A stretch of DNA of 63,470 nucleotides, counting the filler, from Candidatus Omnitrophota bacterium (GTDB lineage Bacteria; Omnitrophota; Gorgyraeia; Zapsychrales; JBDRMG01), in the NCBI GenBank assembly GCA_043812495.1. It is 7 parts of 5 records of this genome, joined end to end, with 100 filler letters (N's around TTAATTAATTAA, not from the genome) between each part and the next. Parts side by side here need not be neighbours in the genome. Positions count along the whole stretch, not along the records: positions 1 to 4,889 come from JBDRMG010000002.1; positions 4,990 to 6,094 come from JBDRMG010000002.1; positions 6,195 to 28,992 come from JBDRMG010000004.1; 4 more parts are not named here. One strand, 5' to 3'. Made by a program: the position numbers and the translations under genes. The notes under the pieces are model-generated. The model saw nothing but the letters and a program-made list of their open reading frames with translations, did no database searches and was not told where the DNA came from. How positions within the stretch are numbered: the first letter of the stretch is position 1; every line of letters begins with the position of its first letter. Below are positions 1-9,567 of the stretch, piece by piece.

Positions 1-213
1 CTTATTCTACTGGATATTAATCTTCCCGAAGTCGATGGCCGAGGCATATTCGATATTATCGATGAATATGCGCCGGAAAAAAGTATTATTGTCACAAGCG
101 TTCACCCTCTGGGGGACCAAAGACTGAAGATCCCGAAGGCCGTGGATTATCATCAAAAATCTAATAGCGATGAAACGCTTTTGAAGAAGGTCAAAAAAGT
201 TCTTGGCGTTTAG
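1..213 (+). CDS. Response-regulator receiver domain, 5'-partial (not in ORF track)
   Basis: Frame 1 reads LILLDINLPEVDG...IIVTS...AVDYHQK...VLGV*, with typical receiver-domain motifs. Confidence 0.8.
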   Translation, partial: LILLDINLPEVDGRGIFDIIDEYAPEKSIIVTSVHPLGDQRLKIPKAVDYHQKSNSDETLLKKVKKVLGV

Positions 214-441
214 GTCGATCATCCTGCCATTCTTCCGATGTTTCCAAAGACTTACTTTTTATTGCCCCGAAAAGTTCTTCTCTTTAATGAGGTCTGCGCT
301 TATATTCTGCTGACTTTCCATCGTCATCCATAAGTGCGGACCTCATCGAAGAGAAAAGACCATTTATCTAGAAAATCAGTCATCCTGCTGTTAAAATACA
401 ATACATAGAAAGGAATTTCCCGAAGTCTTAATATTCCATTT

Positions 442-2037
442 ATGAAAAATCAACGGCAGCTCATGATTTTAGGTCTGATTATCCTGGCGGCTGTTTTCTT
501 TAGATTTTACGGCCTTCCGCAACAAGGATTATTCTTTTTTGACGAGGGACATATGATTTATAAGGCTTTTCTTATCCAGCAGACATTTACAGATCATTCA
601 AAGCTTCTGAGCTATGCGAGCAATATTGATTCAAAGTCTTTATGGATTCTTTGCGTTAGCTTTCTGCAATGGGTCTTTAAGGCCAAATGGCCAGTTCATT
701 TACCCGTCCAAGTCTTCAGTGCGTTTTTCGGGATCCTGACGGTTATCCTAACCTATCTTTTTGCCAAAAAATATTTTAAATCGGAAACCATCGGCCTGAC
801 AAGCGCTTTTTTTCTAGCGCTATCATCGTATCACATTTTTTATAGTCGTTTAGTTTTGGCTGAATCAATCTGTATTTTTTTGTCTATGCTTAGCTTGGTT
901 ACCTATTTAAAGTCTTTCGAAGACAACAAGGGCAGGGAAAAATTCTTGATCTTGGCGGGACTGATAGCCGGGAGCGCTTTCTTGTTTAATCACTATCGCG
1001 TAACATTGTTGCCCGTCTTTATTTTGTTGCTGGAATGCGAGAATTCTTGGAAAGGCTCATTTCGATCTTGTTGTTTTAATAAATCTGCCTCTCGATTTCT
1101 CGTTTTTTTATTAGCCCTGTTGATTGTTTTATTAGGGGGGCAAATCTTGAATTCTTTGTTTATGCTCGGAGGTGTTTATATATCTTCTTATTTTGCGGCG
1201 TTAACAGCTAACATTTCTTCGCATTCTTTTTCTTTTCTTGATCTTCGCGAAATCCCTCTTTTCGCGATATATCTCTATGAATATGAGGGTGCTCTCAGCC
1301 TATTTCTTCTCGCGGTAGGTCTTTTTATTTTGCGTAAATTTCCAAGACTCCTGTTGCCGGTTTGTTTTTTGTTCCTTCAAATATTTGCCAGCTCTTTCGT
1401 TAATGAAAAAGGAGCACGTTCGCTAGCCATCGTTCTCCCATTTTATTCCATGATCAGCGGTGCTGTTCTCATTTATTTATTTACACAATGGAGAAAGAAG
1501 GCTTTATTTATAATGATCATTATTTGCCTCGGAATCCTTGCGCTTGTCGATCGCTCATCCAAAGCCTGTTCGATTTTGACATTTCAGTCCGATATGCCCA
1601 AAGCAGTGGCTTATCTCAATCGTTATTATCCGCAGAGCTCTCTTTTGACCACAAATCGCCCCTTGGTTGCAGCCTATGCGCCTGATCGGCAGATTTTAAA
1701 CCTAAGTCGAATAAGTTATCAAGAATTGCCTGTTCTGCTGAAGGAAAATTATCAAGTTATCGTGATTGATCCCCAGAAGCTTATTGATTCCAGAATGGGG
1801 GAGCATTGGGCCTTCTTGGATACACCTATGGTCGATCCGATCGAAGAATACTGCCAGCCTGTTAAGACTTTTGATCATTTTAATAATCTATTATTCGAAA
1901 GATTTTTGTTTGATCATGCGCTGAATTGGCGCGCAACACTTGACATCCTCAAGGGTAGGAGTCAAAACGCAGGGAAGATAGAAATTTATGAGCTGAAGTC
2001 TTGCTTGAGCGAACTTAAAAATCATTTGTCATTGTAA
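442..2037 (+). CDS. PMT/ArnT-like (GT-C) membrane glycosyltransferase
   Basis: N-terminal 'FRFYGL..QGLFFFDE', many TM helices, 'HIFYSR...E' motif. Confidence 0.75.
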   Translation: MKNQRQLMILGLIILAAVFFRFYGLPQQGLFFFDEGHMIYKAFLIQQTFTDHSKLLSYASNIDSKSLWILCVSFLQWVFKAKWPVHLPVQVFSAFFGILTVILTYLFAKKYFKSETIGLTSAFFLALSSYHIFYSRLVLAESICIFLSMLSLVTYLKSFEDNKGREKFLILAGLIAGSAFLFNHYRVTLLPVFILLLECENSWKGSFRSCCFNKSASRFLVFLLALLIVLLGGQILNSLFMLGGVYISSYFAALTANISSHSFSFLDLREIPLFAIYLYEYEGALSLFLLAVGLFILRKFPRLLLPVCFLFLQIFASSFVNEKGARSLAIVLPFYSMISGAVLIYLFTQWRKKALFIMIIICLGILALVDRSSKACSILTFQSDMPKAVAYLNRYYPQSSLLTTNRPLVAAYAPDRQILNLSRISYQELPVLLKENYQVIVIDPQKLIDSRMGEHWAFLDTPMVDPIEEYCQPVKTFDHFNNLLFERFLFDHALNWRATLDILKGRSQNAGKIEIYELKSCLSELKNHLSL

Positions 2038-2076
2038 TGGTTTTTGTCCGACGAAATTAGCGCCACAGGGACATTT

Positions 2077-3942
2077 ATGAAAAATAAATATTTTACTGTT
2101 CTTGTTTTCTTATTATTAAATCTATTGATCTACGGCTATCAATACGGCGCCAATGCCTATCAAGATCAAGATTTGCCGTTTATTCACAGAACAATCGATG
2201 CAAGCCTTTACCCTCAGGACTTGTTTATCAATACCATCAAGTCTATTCCGACTCTTTTTGTGCCTTTAATGGCTTTTGTCAGTCGCTGGGCTCCCCTTTC
2301 GACAGCTTTCTTTATTTTTTACCTGATTGCAAAATTTATTTTGTTTCTGACAGTCTTTAATTTAACTAATCACTTTTTTCATGACAAGGAGACAAACGTT
2401 CTGGCGCTTTTCTTATTGGCAAGCGCTCCTTTAGCCAACAGCTTTGGCTTGTTTGGCGATGAGCCTGTCATGAAATTTCTACTTTATCACAGCACATGGA
2501 CGATGCCTTTTCTTGTCTTGTCCATTTATCTCTTTTTAAGGCAAAAATATATTTTAAGTCTTTTTCTGCTCTCGGTTTGCGTTTATTTCAGTGGACTCTT
2601 GTCGAATTTCGTTTTGATTTTATTTTTCTTTGGGTCCATCACAGTTTTGAAACAACATCATCAGAAGTTCGAGAAATCTCGCCTTGTAACCGGATGGCTG
2701 ATCTTGTCAGGCCTTTGGATTCCTCTTATCTATGTTGTGCTCAGCCGAGCCGAGGCACAGATTCCGTCGGTCGATTTCCTAGATTATTTGAAAAATTGGT
2801 ATGCCGGTCATTATTTTCCTTTAACGTGGAGTATCGACAAATGGCAAATCGCCATCACATATGTTCTTTTATTCGGGATTTTTATTTATGCCGCTGAAGT
2901 TGACGCTCGGAACCGTAAAATTGTTTATTATTTCCTTGGAGCCATCTATGTGATGTGGGCGGCTGGTTTCCTTTTTGGCGTCCTTTCCGTTTGGTCCTGG
3001 CCGATTATTCTGCAATTCTTAAGAAGCGATGTTTTTTTTGTTCTGTTCGGATTGATCTTTGCGGCAGGGTATATCCAAAAGCTCATGTTTTCACAAAATC
3101 AATCCAGCATTCTTTTGGCGTGCCTTCTTATTCTTATGCTTGTCGATCTCCATTTTTATTCATCCAGCTTATCCCCGTTCATTTTACTAATCCTGATTTT
3201 GTTTCACCTCGACGCAGTCAAAGAAAAATGGTTTTCTTCAATGATTCTCCGGAAAGCCATAACAGGACTTTTTCGATTCGCGGTCCTTGCCTTGTTTGTT
3301 GTTTGTGCCTTTGGGCTCCATTCCTCAACTTTGCCCAAAGCCTCCTATCTCATCGTTCTTTTCTTTCTTGGCTTGCTGGGCATCGCTCAATTCAAACCCA
3401 TCAAGGGATTTTCTTTATATAAGAATAAATTGTATATTTATGTCATTCTGGCCATTGTCTCTTTTGTCTATTTTGATGTGATTGTTTATCGGATCAGCCA
3501 AAGAAAATTAAGCTATGATACACCCTTCACGGCAGATTGGCAGGATGTTCAACAGTGGGCGCAGGACCATACCTCAAAGGAAGTGCAGTTTGTTGTTCCG
3601 CCTTATATCAATGGTTTCCGTTCATTCTCCAAACGGTCTGTCTTTATCGAAAAATTAGACGGTGGATTTATGCAGCTTGCACCCGGCTTTGAAAAGATTT
3701 GGGCTAAGCGTATGATGGAGTTGGGGTATTCTAAAATCCCGTCTGTTCATTTTAGCGTTTCTCATAGGGATGAACCGGCGAGCATGAAAGCGCGCGCAGT
3801 GTATGTTGCTAACAGCGAAGAGACATTCACCGCTTTAAAGAAGCGTTATCATGTTGATTTTGTCGTTGAAGAAAGATTCCGTCCTTTATCTTTCCCTTTG
3901 GTGTATCAAAACAATCATTTTTCCGTCTATAGCATTCCTTGA
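2077..3942 (+). CDS. Polytopic membrane protein, probable glycan-modification enzyme
   Basis: Many TM segments and a soluble C-terminus ('W....WA..HT', 'GFRSFSKRS'); ATG at 2077 preferred over TTG at 2044. Confidence 0.55.
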   Translation: MKNKYFTVLVFLLLNLLIYGYQYGANAYQDQDLPFIHRTIDASLYPQDLFINTIKSIPTLFVPLMAFVSRWAPLSTAFFIFYLIAKFILFLTVFNLTNHFFHDKETNVLALFLLASAPLANSFGLFGDEPVMKFLLYHSTWTMPFLVLSIYLFLRQKYILSLFLLSVCVYFSGLLSNFVLILFFFGSITVLKQHHQKFEKSRLVTGWLILSGLWIPLIYVVLSRAEAQIPSVDFLDYLKNWYAGHYFPLTWSIDKWQIAITYVLLFGIFIYAAEVDARNRKIVYYFLGAIYVMWAAGFLFGVLSVWSWPIILQFLRSDVFFVLFGLIFAAGYIQKLMFSQNQSSILLACLLILMLVDLHFYSSSLSPFILLILILFHLDAVKEKWFSSMILRKAITGLFRFAVLALFVVCAFGLHSSTLPKASYLIVLFFLGLLGIAQFKPIKGFSLYKNKLYIYVILAIVSFVYFDVIVYRISQRKLSYDTPFTADWQDVQQWAQDHTSKEVQFVVPPYINGFRSFSKRSVFIEKLDGGFMQLAPGFEKIWAKRMMELGYSKIPSVHFSVSHRDEPASMKARAVYVANSEETFTALKKRYHVDFVVEERFRPLSFPLVYQNNHFSVYSIP

Positions 3943-4004
3943 CATCTTTGTGATAAAATGGACCAGTGTGAAGAATATCCAGGCGCCATTTCATCAAGTC
4001 CAGC

Positions 4005-4889
4005 ATGACGCTGGTCTTAAGCGGTCTTGGATTTTTGTATCTTAAGCGTTTCGGAAAGAATGAGGAGACGTTCGTGACTGCCCCTATCAATTCTGATTTC
4101 GAACCTTCCTACATAAAACTTCATCGTGCAGGAGAGCTAAGAAAAAGAGGACAGGTTCTTTGGGATCAAATGAAAAACTGCGCGCTTTGCCCCAGGGAAT
4201 GCCGGGTTGACCGATTGAACGGTCAAAAAGGATTTTGCGGCGCGTCCGGACAACTCGAAATCTCTGCCTATCATCCGCATTTTGGCGAAGAAAAACCTTT
4301 GGTCGGCCGGAGCGGTTCAGGCACGATCTTTCTAACTCATTGCAGCTTACGCTGCGTGTTTTGCATAAACTGGGAAATCAGTCAGGGCGGACAGGGCGCC
4401 CCTTCGACAATCGATGCAATGGCCGCGATGATGCTTGCTCTTCAAGATCAAGGCTGTCTCAACATCAATGCGGTGACGCCGACGCATTATTCACCTCATA
4501 TTCTGTTGGCCTTAGATCAGGCAGCTGGTCAAGGGCTTTGGCTGCCGCTTGCGTATAATACCTGCGGCTGGGAACGATTAGAAATATTAAAAATGCTGGA
4601 CGGCATCATGGATATTTATCTGCCTGACTTCAAATATTTCTCAAGTGAATTGGCGGTCAAGTATTCTTCGGATGCCCGCGATTATCCTCAAGTGACTAAA
4701 AACTCCATTCTTGAAATGCACCGGCAGGTTGGCGTGGCTCAGAGCACATCCAGCGGATTGATTAACCGGGGTCTCATGATCCGCCATCTGGTCATGCCCA
4801 GTCACGTTGACGATACGAAGAAAATCATTCAATGGATAGCCCAAAATCTTCCCAAAGAAACTTATCTGAATATCATGTCTCAATACACG
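4005..4889 (+). CDS. Radical SAM protein, PflX-like, 3'-truncated by gap
   Basis: CALCPRECRVDR and CSLRCVFCINWEIS (CxxxCxxC), DIYLPDFKY, IRHLVMP. Confidence 0.85.
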
Positions 4890-4989
4890 NNNNNNNNNNN
4901 NNNNNNNNNNNNNNNNNNNNNNNNNNNNNNNNNTTAATTAATTAANNNNNNNNNNNNNNNNNNNNNNNNNNNNNNNNNNNNNNNNNNNN
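4890..4989. other. Artificial contig linker (N-run plus TTAATTAATTAA); the same linker recurs at 6095-6194, 28993-29092, 48115-48214, 49730-49829, 61035-61134
   Basis: Identical 100-nt layout with a six-frame stop cassette. Confidence 0.98.
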
Positions 4990-4990
4990 T

Positions 4991-5893
4991 GACTTTTCTT
5001 TGAGGCGGACACACGGGGCAGATGCGGGATTAAAAGCGGCCCGCTCCTCTTATATAGCCGGTTTTCAGGGGACCTCGAACGTTTTGGCGGGCAAGCTTTA
5101 CGGGATTCCTGTAGTAGGAACCATGGCCCATTCATTTGTAATGGCCTTCAAGAATGAATTGGATAGTTTCTTTGCCTTTGCCGAGACCTTTGGGCATCAG
5201 GCCATCCTTTTGGTTGACACGTATGACACGATGCAGGGAGTCAAGAACGCAATTATAGTAGCCAAGGCCTTGGAAAAGAAAGGAAAGCGTCTTAAAGCCA
5301 TCCGGTTGGATAGCGGAAATCTAATTCAGTTAGCCTGTCAGGCTAGGCGACTTTTGGATCAGGCAAGTTTGAACTATGTCAAGATTTTTGCGAGCGGCAA
5401 TCTTGACGAATATAAGATTAAAGAGCTTATAGCTTTAAAGGCCCCCATTGATAGCTTTGGCGTGGGAACAAAAATGGGCGTGTCGGTAGATGCTCCTTAT
5501 TGCGATGTAATTTATAAGCTGAGCGAAATTACCGATGTGAACGGAGAATTCTTACCGACGATGAAGCTGAGCGAAGGAAAAAGCACGTATCCGGGCCGGA
5601 AACAGGTTTACCGTCAACTGAACAAAAAGGGACATTACAAGAAAGATATCATCGCACTTGAAAACGAGCCCATAGACGGCAAGAAACTTCTTGTCAAAGT
5701 TATCGATAACGGAATCTGCGTTTATCGGCAGCCTTCTTTAGGAGAAATCCGCAAACGCGCTAAAGAAAACCTCTCCAAATTACCCATTCAGGTTAAGAAG
5801 CTCGCGCACTCTTCGCCTTATCAGGTTGATGTGAGTCCGAACCTCCAAAAGCTCATTTGGCAGGTCAAAAAGAATATTGTCCGCGGAAAATAA
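4991..5893 (+). CDS. pncB: Nicotinate phosphoribosyltransferase, 5'-partial
   Basis: DFSLRRTHG, GTSNV, GTMAHS, LVDTYD, IRLDSG, FGVGT, VIYKL motifs. Confidence 0.92.
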   Translation, partial: DFSLRRTHGADAGLKAARSSYIAGFQGTSNVLAGKLYGIPVVGTMAHSFVMAFKNELDSFFAFAETFGHQAILLVDTYDTMQGVKNAIIVAKALEKKGKRLKAIRLDSGNLIQLACQARRLLDQASLNYVKIFASGNLDEYKIKELIALKAPIDSFGVGTKMGVSVDAPYCDVIYKLSEITDVNGEFLPTMKLSEGKSTYPGRKQVYRQLNKKGHYKKDIIALENEPIDGKKLLVKVIDNGICVYRQPSLGEIRKRAKENLSKLPIQVKKLAHSSPYQVDVSPNLQKLIWQVKKNIVRGK

Positions 5894-5921
5894 AAAGACT
5901 GAAGAAAGAAGAAGCTTTTTT

Positions 5922-6089
5922 ATTCTCCTTCGCCGAAAACTCTAGACTTCAGTCCGGAGATGAAGGCGAAGGAGAACCCTACGAAGCTCCCAAACGAGTT
6001 CTGCGAAGTCCGCCAATGAATCAATGGCGGACGAAGCAGAACGAAAGTTTTGGAGCGAAGTAGGGTTTGAGTGTTCGGCTTCGGAGAAT
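5922..6089. repeat. Three-level nested CGAAG-family palindromic elements
   Basis: Outer attctcc-ttcg...cttc-ggagaat 5922-6089; middle accctac-gaag...cgaa-gtagggt 5976-6066; inner gttctgc-gaag...cgaa-gcagaac 5998-6042. Confidence 0.85.
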
Positions 6090-6195
6090 GAACCNNNNNN
6101 NNNNNNNNNNNNNNNNNNNNNNNNNNNNNNNNNNNNNNTTAATTAATTAANNNNNNNNNNNNNNNNNNNNNNNNNNNNNNNNNNNNNNNNNNNNA

Positions 6196-6948
6196 AGAGT
6201 CACAAACTCACAATGGATTGTCGATATCGAAGTCGGTCAATCGTATGAATTTCAAAATCTCCAAACGTTTGCGCAGTCCACAGGGCAAGTCGGATTTGCC
6301 GTAGCCACACAACCTTGGCAATTAGGGGTTGGCATTTATCGATGGGCTTTTCTTGATCCAAGGTACAAAATTATGAAAGCGATGTATAATCCTTTTGATG
6401 GTCCGATTGAGGAGTCTTATATTGAGAATGATGATACCATTTTTGTGAATGGAATCCTCAATACCGAACAATACGCTTTGGAAAATGCCAATAAGGCTAC
6501 AAGGAATAAAATCCATGCGACAAAGGTTGCCTACAATCCCACTGATGGGCCTTTAGCTGACGTTGTTGAAGCATTTCTTCAAAAATTAACTTTTACCAGT
6601 GCTTTTGACCGTCAATTGGCAGATGATTTAGCCGGGCACAAAAATATTACCCTCATCGGCCATAGTCAGGGAGGGATTATTATCGGCAATACACTGCTCA
6701 ATCTTGGATTGAGAGGTGAACGGGATGTGGTTCAATCTGCGATTTTTCGAAATACACAGATAAGTTCTTCCCGAGCATATTTATCCTCAGCGATAGCGGG
6801 AGTAAACGCAAACTTTGTTACTTATGGAAGCAGTTATTTTGATCCTTCCAATGTTGGTGGACCGAACTTATTGGATCCATTAAAATTTTTGAGCGGCATC
6901 CCAGGATTATATTTACCTTTTGGAGCGCAACATCATGGCATTGAATAG
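6196..6948 (+). CDS. C-terminal alpha/beta-hydrolase (lipase-like) domain of a larger, 5'-partial protein; candidate polymorphic toxin
   Basis: Frame is open from the contig edge (RVTNSQW...) to the stop; FVNGILN, GHSQGG nucleophile elbow, C-terminal D and H. Confidence 0.65.
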   Translation, partial: RVTNSQWIVDIEVGQSYEFQNLQTFAQSTGQVGFAVATQPWQLGVGIYRWAFLDPRYKIMKAMYNPFDGPIEESYIENDDTIFVNGILNTEQYALENANKATRNKIHATKVAYNPTDGPLADVVEAFLQKLTFTSAFDRQLADDLAGHKNITLIGHSQGGIIIGNTLLNLGLRGERDVVQSAIFRNTQISSSRAYLSSAIAGVNANFVTYGSSYFDPSNVGGPNLLDPLKFLSGIPGLYLPFGAQHHGIE

Positions 6949-7318
6949 TAAAATTACCTTACTTGTTGCATGTTGTGTTTGCATCCTTTTTCTTAACGGC
7001 TGTGCATTAACAGGCGATTTAGTAAATTGGACAGATACGAGAGATCTTGAGGAGTACGGCGATAAAGTAGCAGAAACCATGACAGTTTTATATAAATATG
7101 TTGGTAAAACCAAAGAGGATGTAAGTAATGATTTTGGAGAACCGACAGAAAAGGAGTATAGGGAAGGATCAAAGTATGTGTCTGCCGATGAAAAAGCGAA
7201 ATTTGATGAAATATGGATATATGCATATATGAAAGGGATACCTATGATTAACGCAGCAAGTTCACGAAAAATATTTTACTTTAAGAATGAGATTGTCGTC
7301 GCTGTGGATGCAAATTAG
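6935..7318 (+). CDS. Small lipoprotein, candidate immunity protein
   Basis: Signal peptide with lipobox LNGC; overlaps the upstream stop; 'GKTKEDV...FGEP...W.Y...F.N..V' resembles a BamE/SmpA-type pattern. Confidence 0.6.
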   Translation: MALNSKITLLVACCVCILFLNGCALTGDLVNWTDTRDLEEYGDKVAETMTVLYKYVGKTKEDVSNDFGEPTEKEYREGSKYVSADEKAKFDEIWIYAYMKGIPMINAASSRKIFYFKNEIVVAVDAN

Positions 7319-7350
7319 AAAAAAGGGGACAACGCCCTTTAACGTAAGAG

Positions 7351-8431
7351 ATAGGGGACGTTGATTAAAGTATTAAAGTTATTGACAACGACAATAAATG
7401 TTGATAAGTTATTCCCATGCCAAGACAAGCTCGCTTAGATTATGCGGGAGCCCTCCATCATGTAATAGGTCGTGGCATTGATGGCCTATACATTTTTAAA
7501 TCTAAACGGTCTAAACAAGAATTCCACCAACGCTTACGATCATTGCTTAAAGAAAGCAGTCTACAGATATATGCCTGGTCGATTATGGGCAATCATTTTC
7601 ATTTGTTGCTGCAAACCGGCAAAACCAGTTTATCGGAATTTATGCGCAAACTTTTAACAGGATATGCCATTTATTACAATAAAACACAGAAAAGAAAAGG
7701 GTATGTGTTCCAAAATAGATATAAGTCAATTTTGTGTGAAAAAGATGAGTATTTATTGCCATTGATCCGCTATATTCATCTCAATCCAGTGAAAGCCAAG
7801 ATTGTCGAAATAGATCAATTAGAAAAATACCCCTGGACGAGCCATGGAGAAATTACGAAAGAAAAACCAGAAGCGTTGATTAATCGGGTGGAAGTCTTGA
7901 GCTATTTTGGCAACACAAAGAACAAGGCCAAAATATGCTATGAGAAATATGTCAAGGAGGGATTGGATCTTAAAGAGGATTATATGGGAGGAGGGTTAAT
8001 CCGCAGCCTAGGTGGCTTAAAAGAATCGTTTCGCATATCCAAAGAAGACAGGCAGACTTATGATGAGCGCATCTTAGGATCAGGGCAATTCGTTGAGCAT
8101 GTTCTCAAAGATGCCGATCAGGAGGAGCAGAGCCAACAGGTTTTTAAAGACATGAATGATCTTCTTAATCGCACGGTACGATATTATAAGGTCAAAAAAG
8201 ATGATATACTTTATTCACGTACAAAACCGGTAAGGGAAGCTCGTTGTGTGGTAATATTTTTGGCCAATCAATATCTAAAATGCAGTGCAACAAAAATCGG
8301 AAGTATTTTGAGAATGAAACAAGCGGCATCTAGTATTGCTAGAACAAAAGGACAGAAAGCAGTAGAGAAAAAAGGATTACTCAAAAGATTAACAAACTAT
8401 AAACATTAATGAATTAATCAACGTCCCCTAT
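7351..8431 (+). mobile_element. Element bounded by perfect 18-bp terminal inverted repeats, carrying a RAYT-like gene
   Basis: ataggggacgttgattaa (7351-7368) is the reverse complement of ttaatcaacgtcccctat (8414-8431). Confidence 0.85.
7417..8409 (+). CDS. RAYT-like Y1 HUH transposase with C-terminal DnaA_C-like helical domain
   Basis: MPRQAR...HHVIGRG, MGNHFHLL (HUH), G.VFQNRY, RYIHLNPVKA, YPWTSH. Confidence 0.88.
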   Translation: MPRQARLDYAGALHHVIGRGIDGLYIFKSKRSKQEFHQRLRSLLKESSLQIYAWSIMGNHFHLLLQTGKTSLSEFMRKLLTGYAIYYNKTQKRKGYVFQNRYKSILCEKDEYLLPLIRYIHLNPVKAKIVEIDQLEKYPWTSHGEITKEKPEALINRVEVLSYFGNTKNKAKICYEKYVKEGLDLKEDYMGGGLIRSLGGLKESFRISKEDRQTYDERILGSGQFVEHVLKDADQEEQSQQVFKDMNDLLNRTVRYYKVKKDDILYSRTKPVREARCVVIFLANQYLKCSATKIGSILRMKQAASSIARTKGQKAVEKKGLLKRLTNYKH

Positions 8432-8618
8432 TGCGCTTTGCCGAGCGCTACGCGCCAATAAAAACCCCTGACTACGACTGGATCTTCGAAAAATAAGCTC
8501 GTTATTACACCCTTCCTTTAGGATTTTAATCATTCCGATTGACAACAAATTCTTTAGACGCTACGATAAATAGAGCCACTAAATAATTGTAGAAATAGTA
8601 TCATTGTATATTCTTGAT

Positions 8619-8723
8619 CCCAGCCCACCAAAATTATGAAACTATTCTGGTGGGCTGGGTTAATTCGTCCAGCAACTTACGTCATCCGAATAGCAATTGA
8701 CATCCGTAAGTTGCGGCCTCATT
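8619..8723 (+). repeat. Bipartite CCC..GGGT / AATTCG..CTCAT double-hairpin element
   Basis: cccagcccacca...tggtgggctgggt followed by taattcg...gcaacttacg...cgtaagttgc..ctcatt. Confidence 0.75.
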
Positions 8724-8756
8724 AAAAATATATAGCCACGGAAAGGAAGAAAAATT

Positions 8757-9146
8757 ATGTTAAACCGACGTATTTTGACCATTGAGGATGATGAGGCCCA
8801 AAGAAACCTCATCCGTAAAACACTTGAAAAGCGGAATTATTCGGTGCTCATGGCGGCCGGCGGAGAAAAGGGTCTGGAAATGGCCAGAGAAGAGAGGCCG
8901 GATTTAATTCTCCTGGATGTCGTTATGCCCGGCCTCAAAGGAAATGAAGTTTGTAAGCGCCTAAAAGCGGATCTGCGCACAAAAGATATCCCTATTTTGT
9001 TTTTAACGAGCGCGGATTCCCCCAAAGAAGTGATTGACCAGTATGATGTCGGCGCAGAGGTGCATTTGGCCAAACCCATCAGCCCTAAAGAGTTGATTGC
9101 GCAAATCGAAATCACATTCCAAGATCTTAAGAAACCTGAAGAGTAA
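8757..9146 (+). CDS. Stand-alone response regulator receiver protein
   Basis: ILTIEDD, PDLILLDVVMP, IPILFLT, KP motifs. Confidence 0.92.
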   Translation: MLNRRILTIEDDEAQRNLIRKTLEKRNYSVLMAAGGEKGLEMAREERPDLILLDVVMPGLKGNEVCKRLKADLRTKDIPILFLTSADSPKEVIDQYDVGAEVHLAKPISPKELIAQIEITFQDLKKPEE

Positions 9147-9149
9147 GAG

Positions 9150-9491
9150 ATGGTGGATTACCCTCTCTCTGAAAGCCAGTGGCGATATGTTCGTCACTGG
9201 CTTATTTGCGTGATCGTCGCCGAAACGATCATGCTTTTTTTCAATCGGTTTCTTGTACAGGCTTACATCTTGATCGCGGTTTTATTTCTGATCGGATTTC
9301 TGTTGAGGCTTTTTAAGTTTTATCCGGGAGAACCGAAGCCGCTTATCTTGGATTTTTCTACTGTTCTCCTTGCGCTTGCCTTCGCGCTTGCGGCCCAATG
9401 CCTTGACTTATCGCTGGGGCGGTTTATTCTGATTTTCTGCTCGTCAGCGATCATCGCCCCGCATTTCATTTACATTTATAAAAATAAATAG
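9150..9491 (+). CDS. Hypothetical small membrane protein
   Basis: About four hydrophobic segments; directly follows the upstream gene. Confidence 0.55.
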   Translation: MVDYPLSESQWRYVRHWLICVIVAETIMLFFNRFLVQAYILIAVLFLIGFLLRLFKFYPGEPKPLILDFSTVLLALAFALAAQCLDLSLGRFILIFCSSAIIAPHFIYIYKNK

Positions 9492-9530
9492 TCAAGATGT
9501 GCAAAAGAGCGGTATTTCATCTCGAATGCA

Positions 9531-9558
9531 TTGACAACGCTAGAGATAACCTTATAAT
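9531..9558 (+). promoter_or_regulatory. Sigma70-type promoter for archease-rtcB-serS
   Basis: TTGACA-16 nt-TATAAT, ending 9 nt before the ATG. Confidence 0.65.
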
Positions 9559-9567
9559 AAAGATAAA

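Noticed and set aside
7..222. Listed minus-strand 71-aa ORF
   Set aside because: Antisense to the plus-strand receiver-domain fragment at 1-213.
4890..4989. Six identical TTAATTAATTAA palindromes within N-runs
   Set aside because: Artificial contig linkers; ORFs that run into them have false ends, and neighbours across them are not necessarily adjacent.
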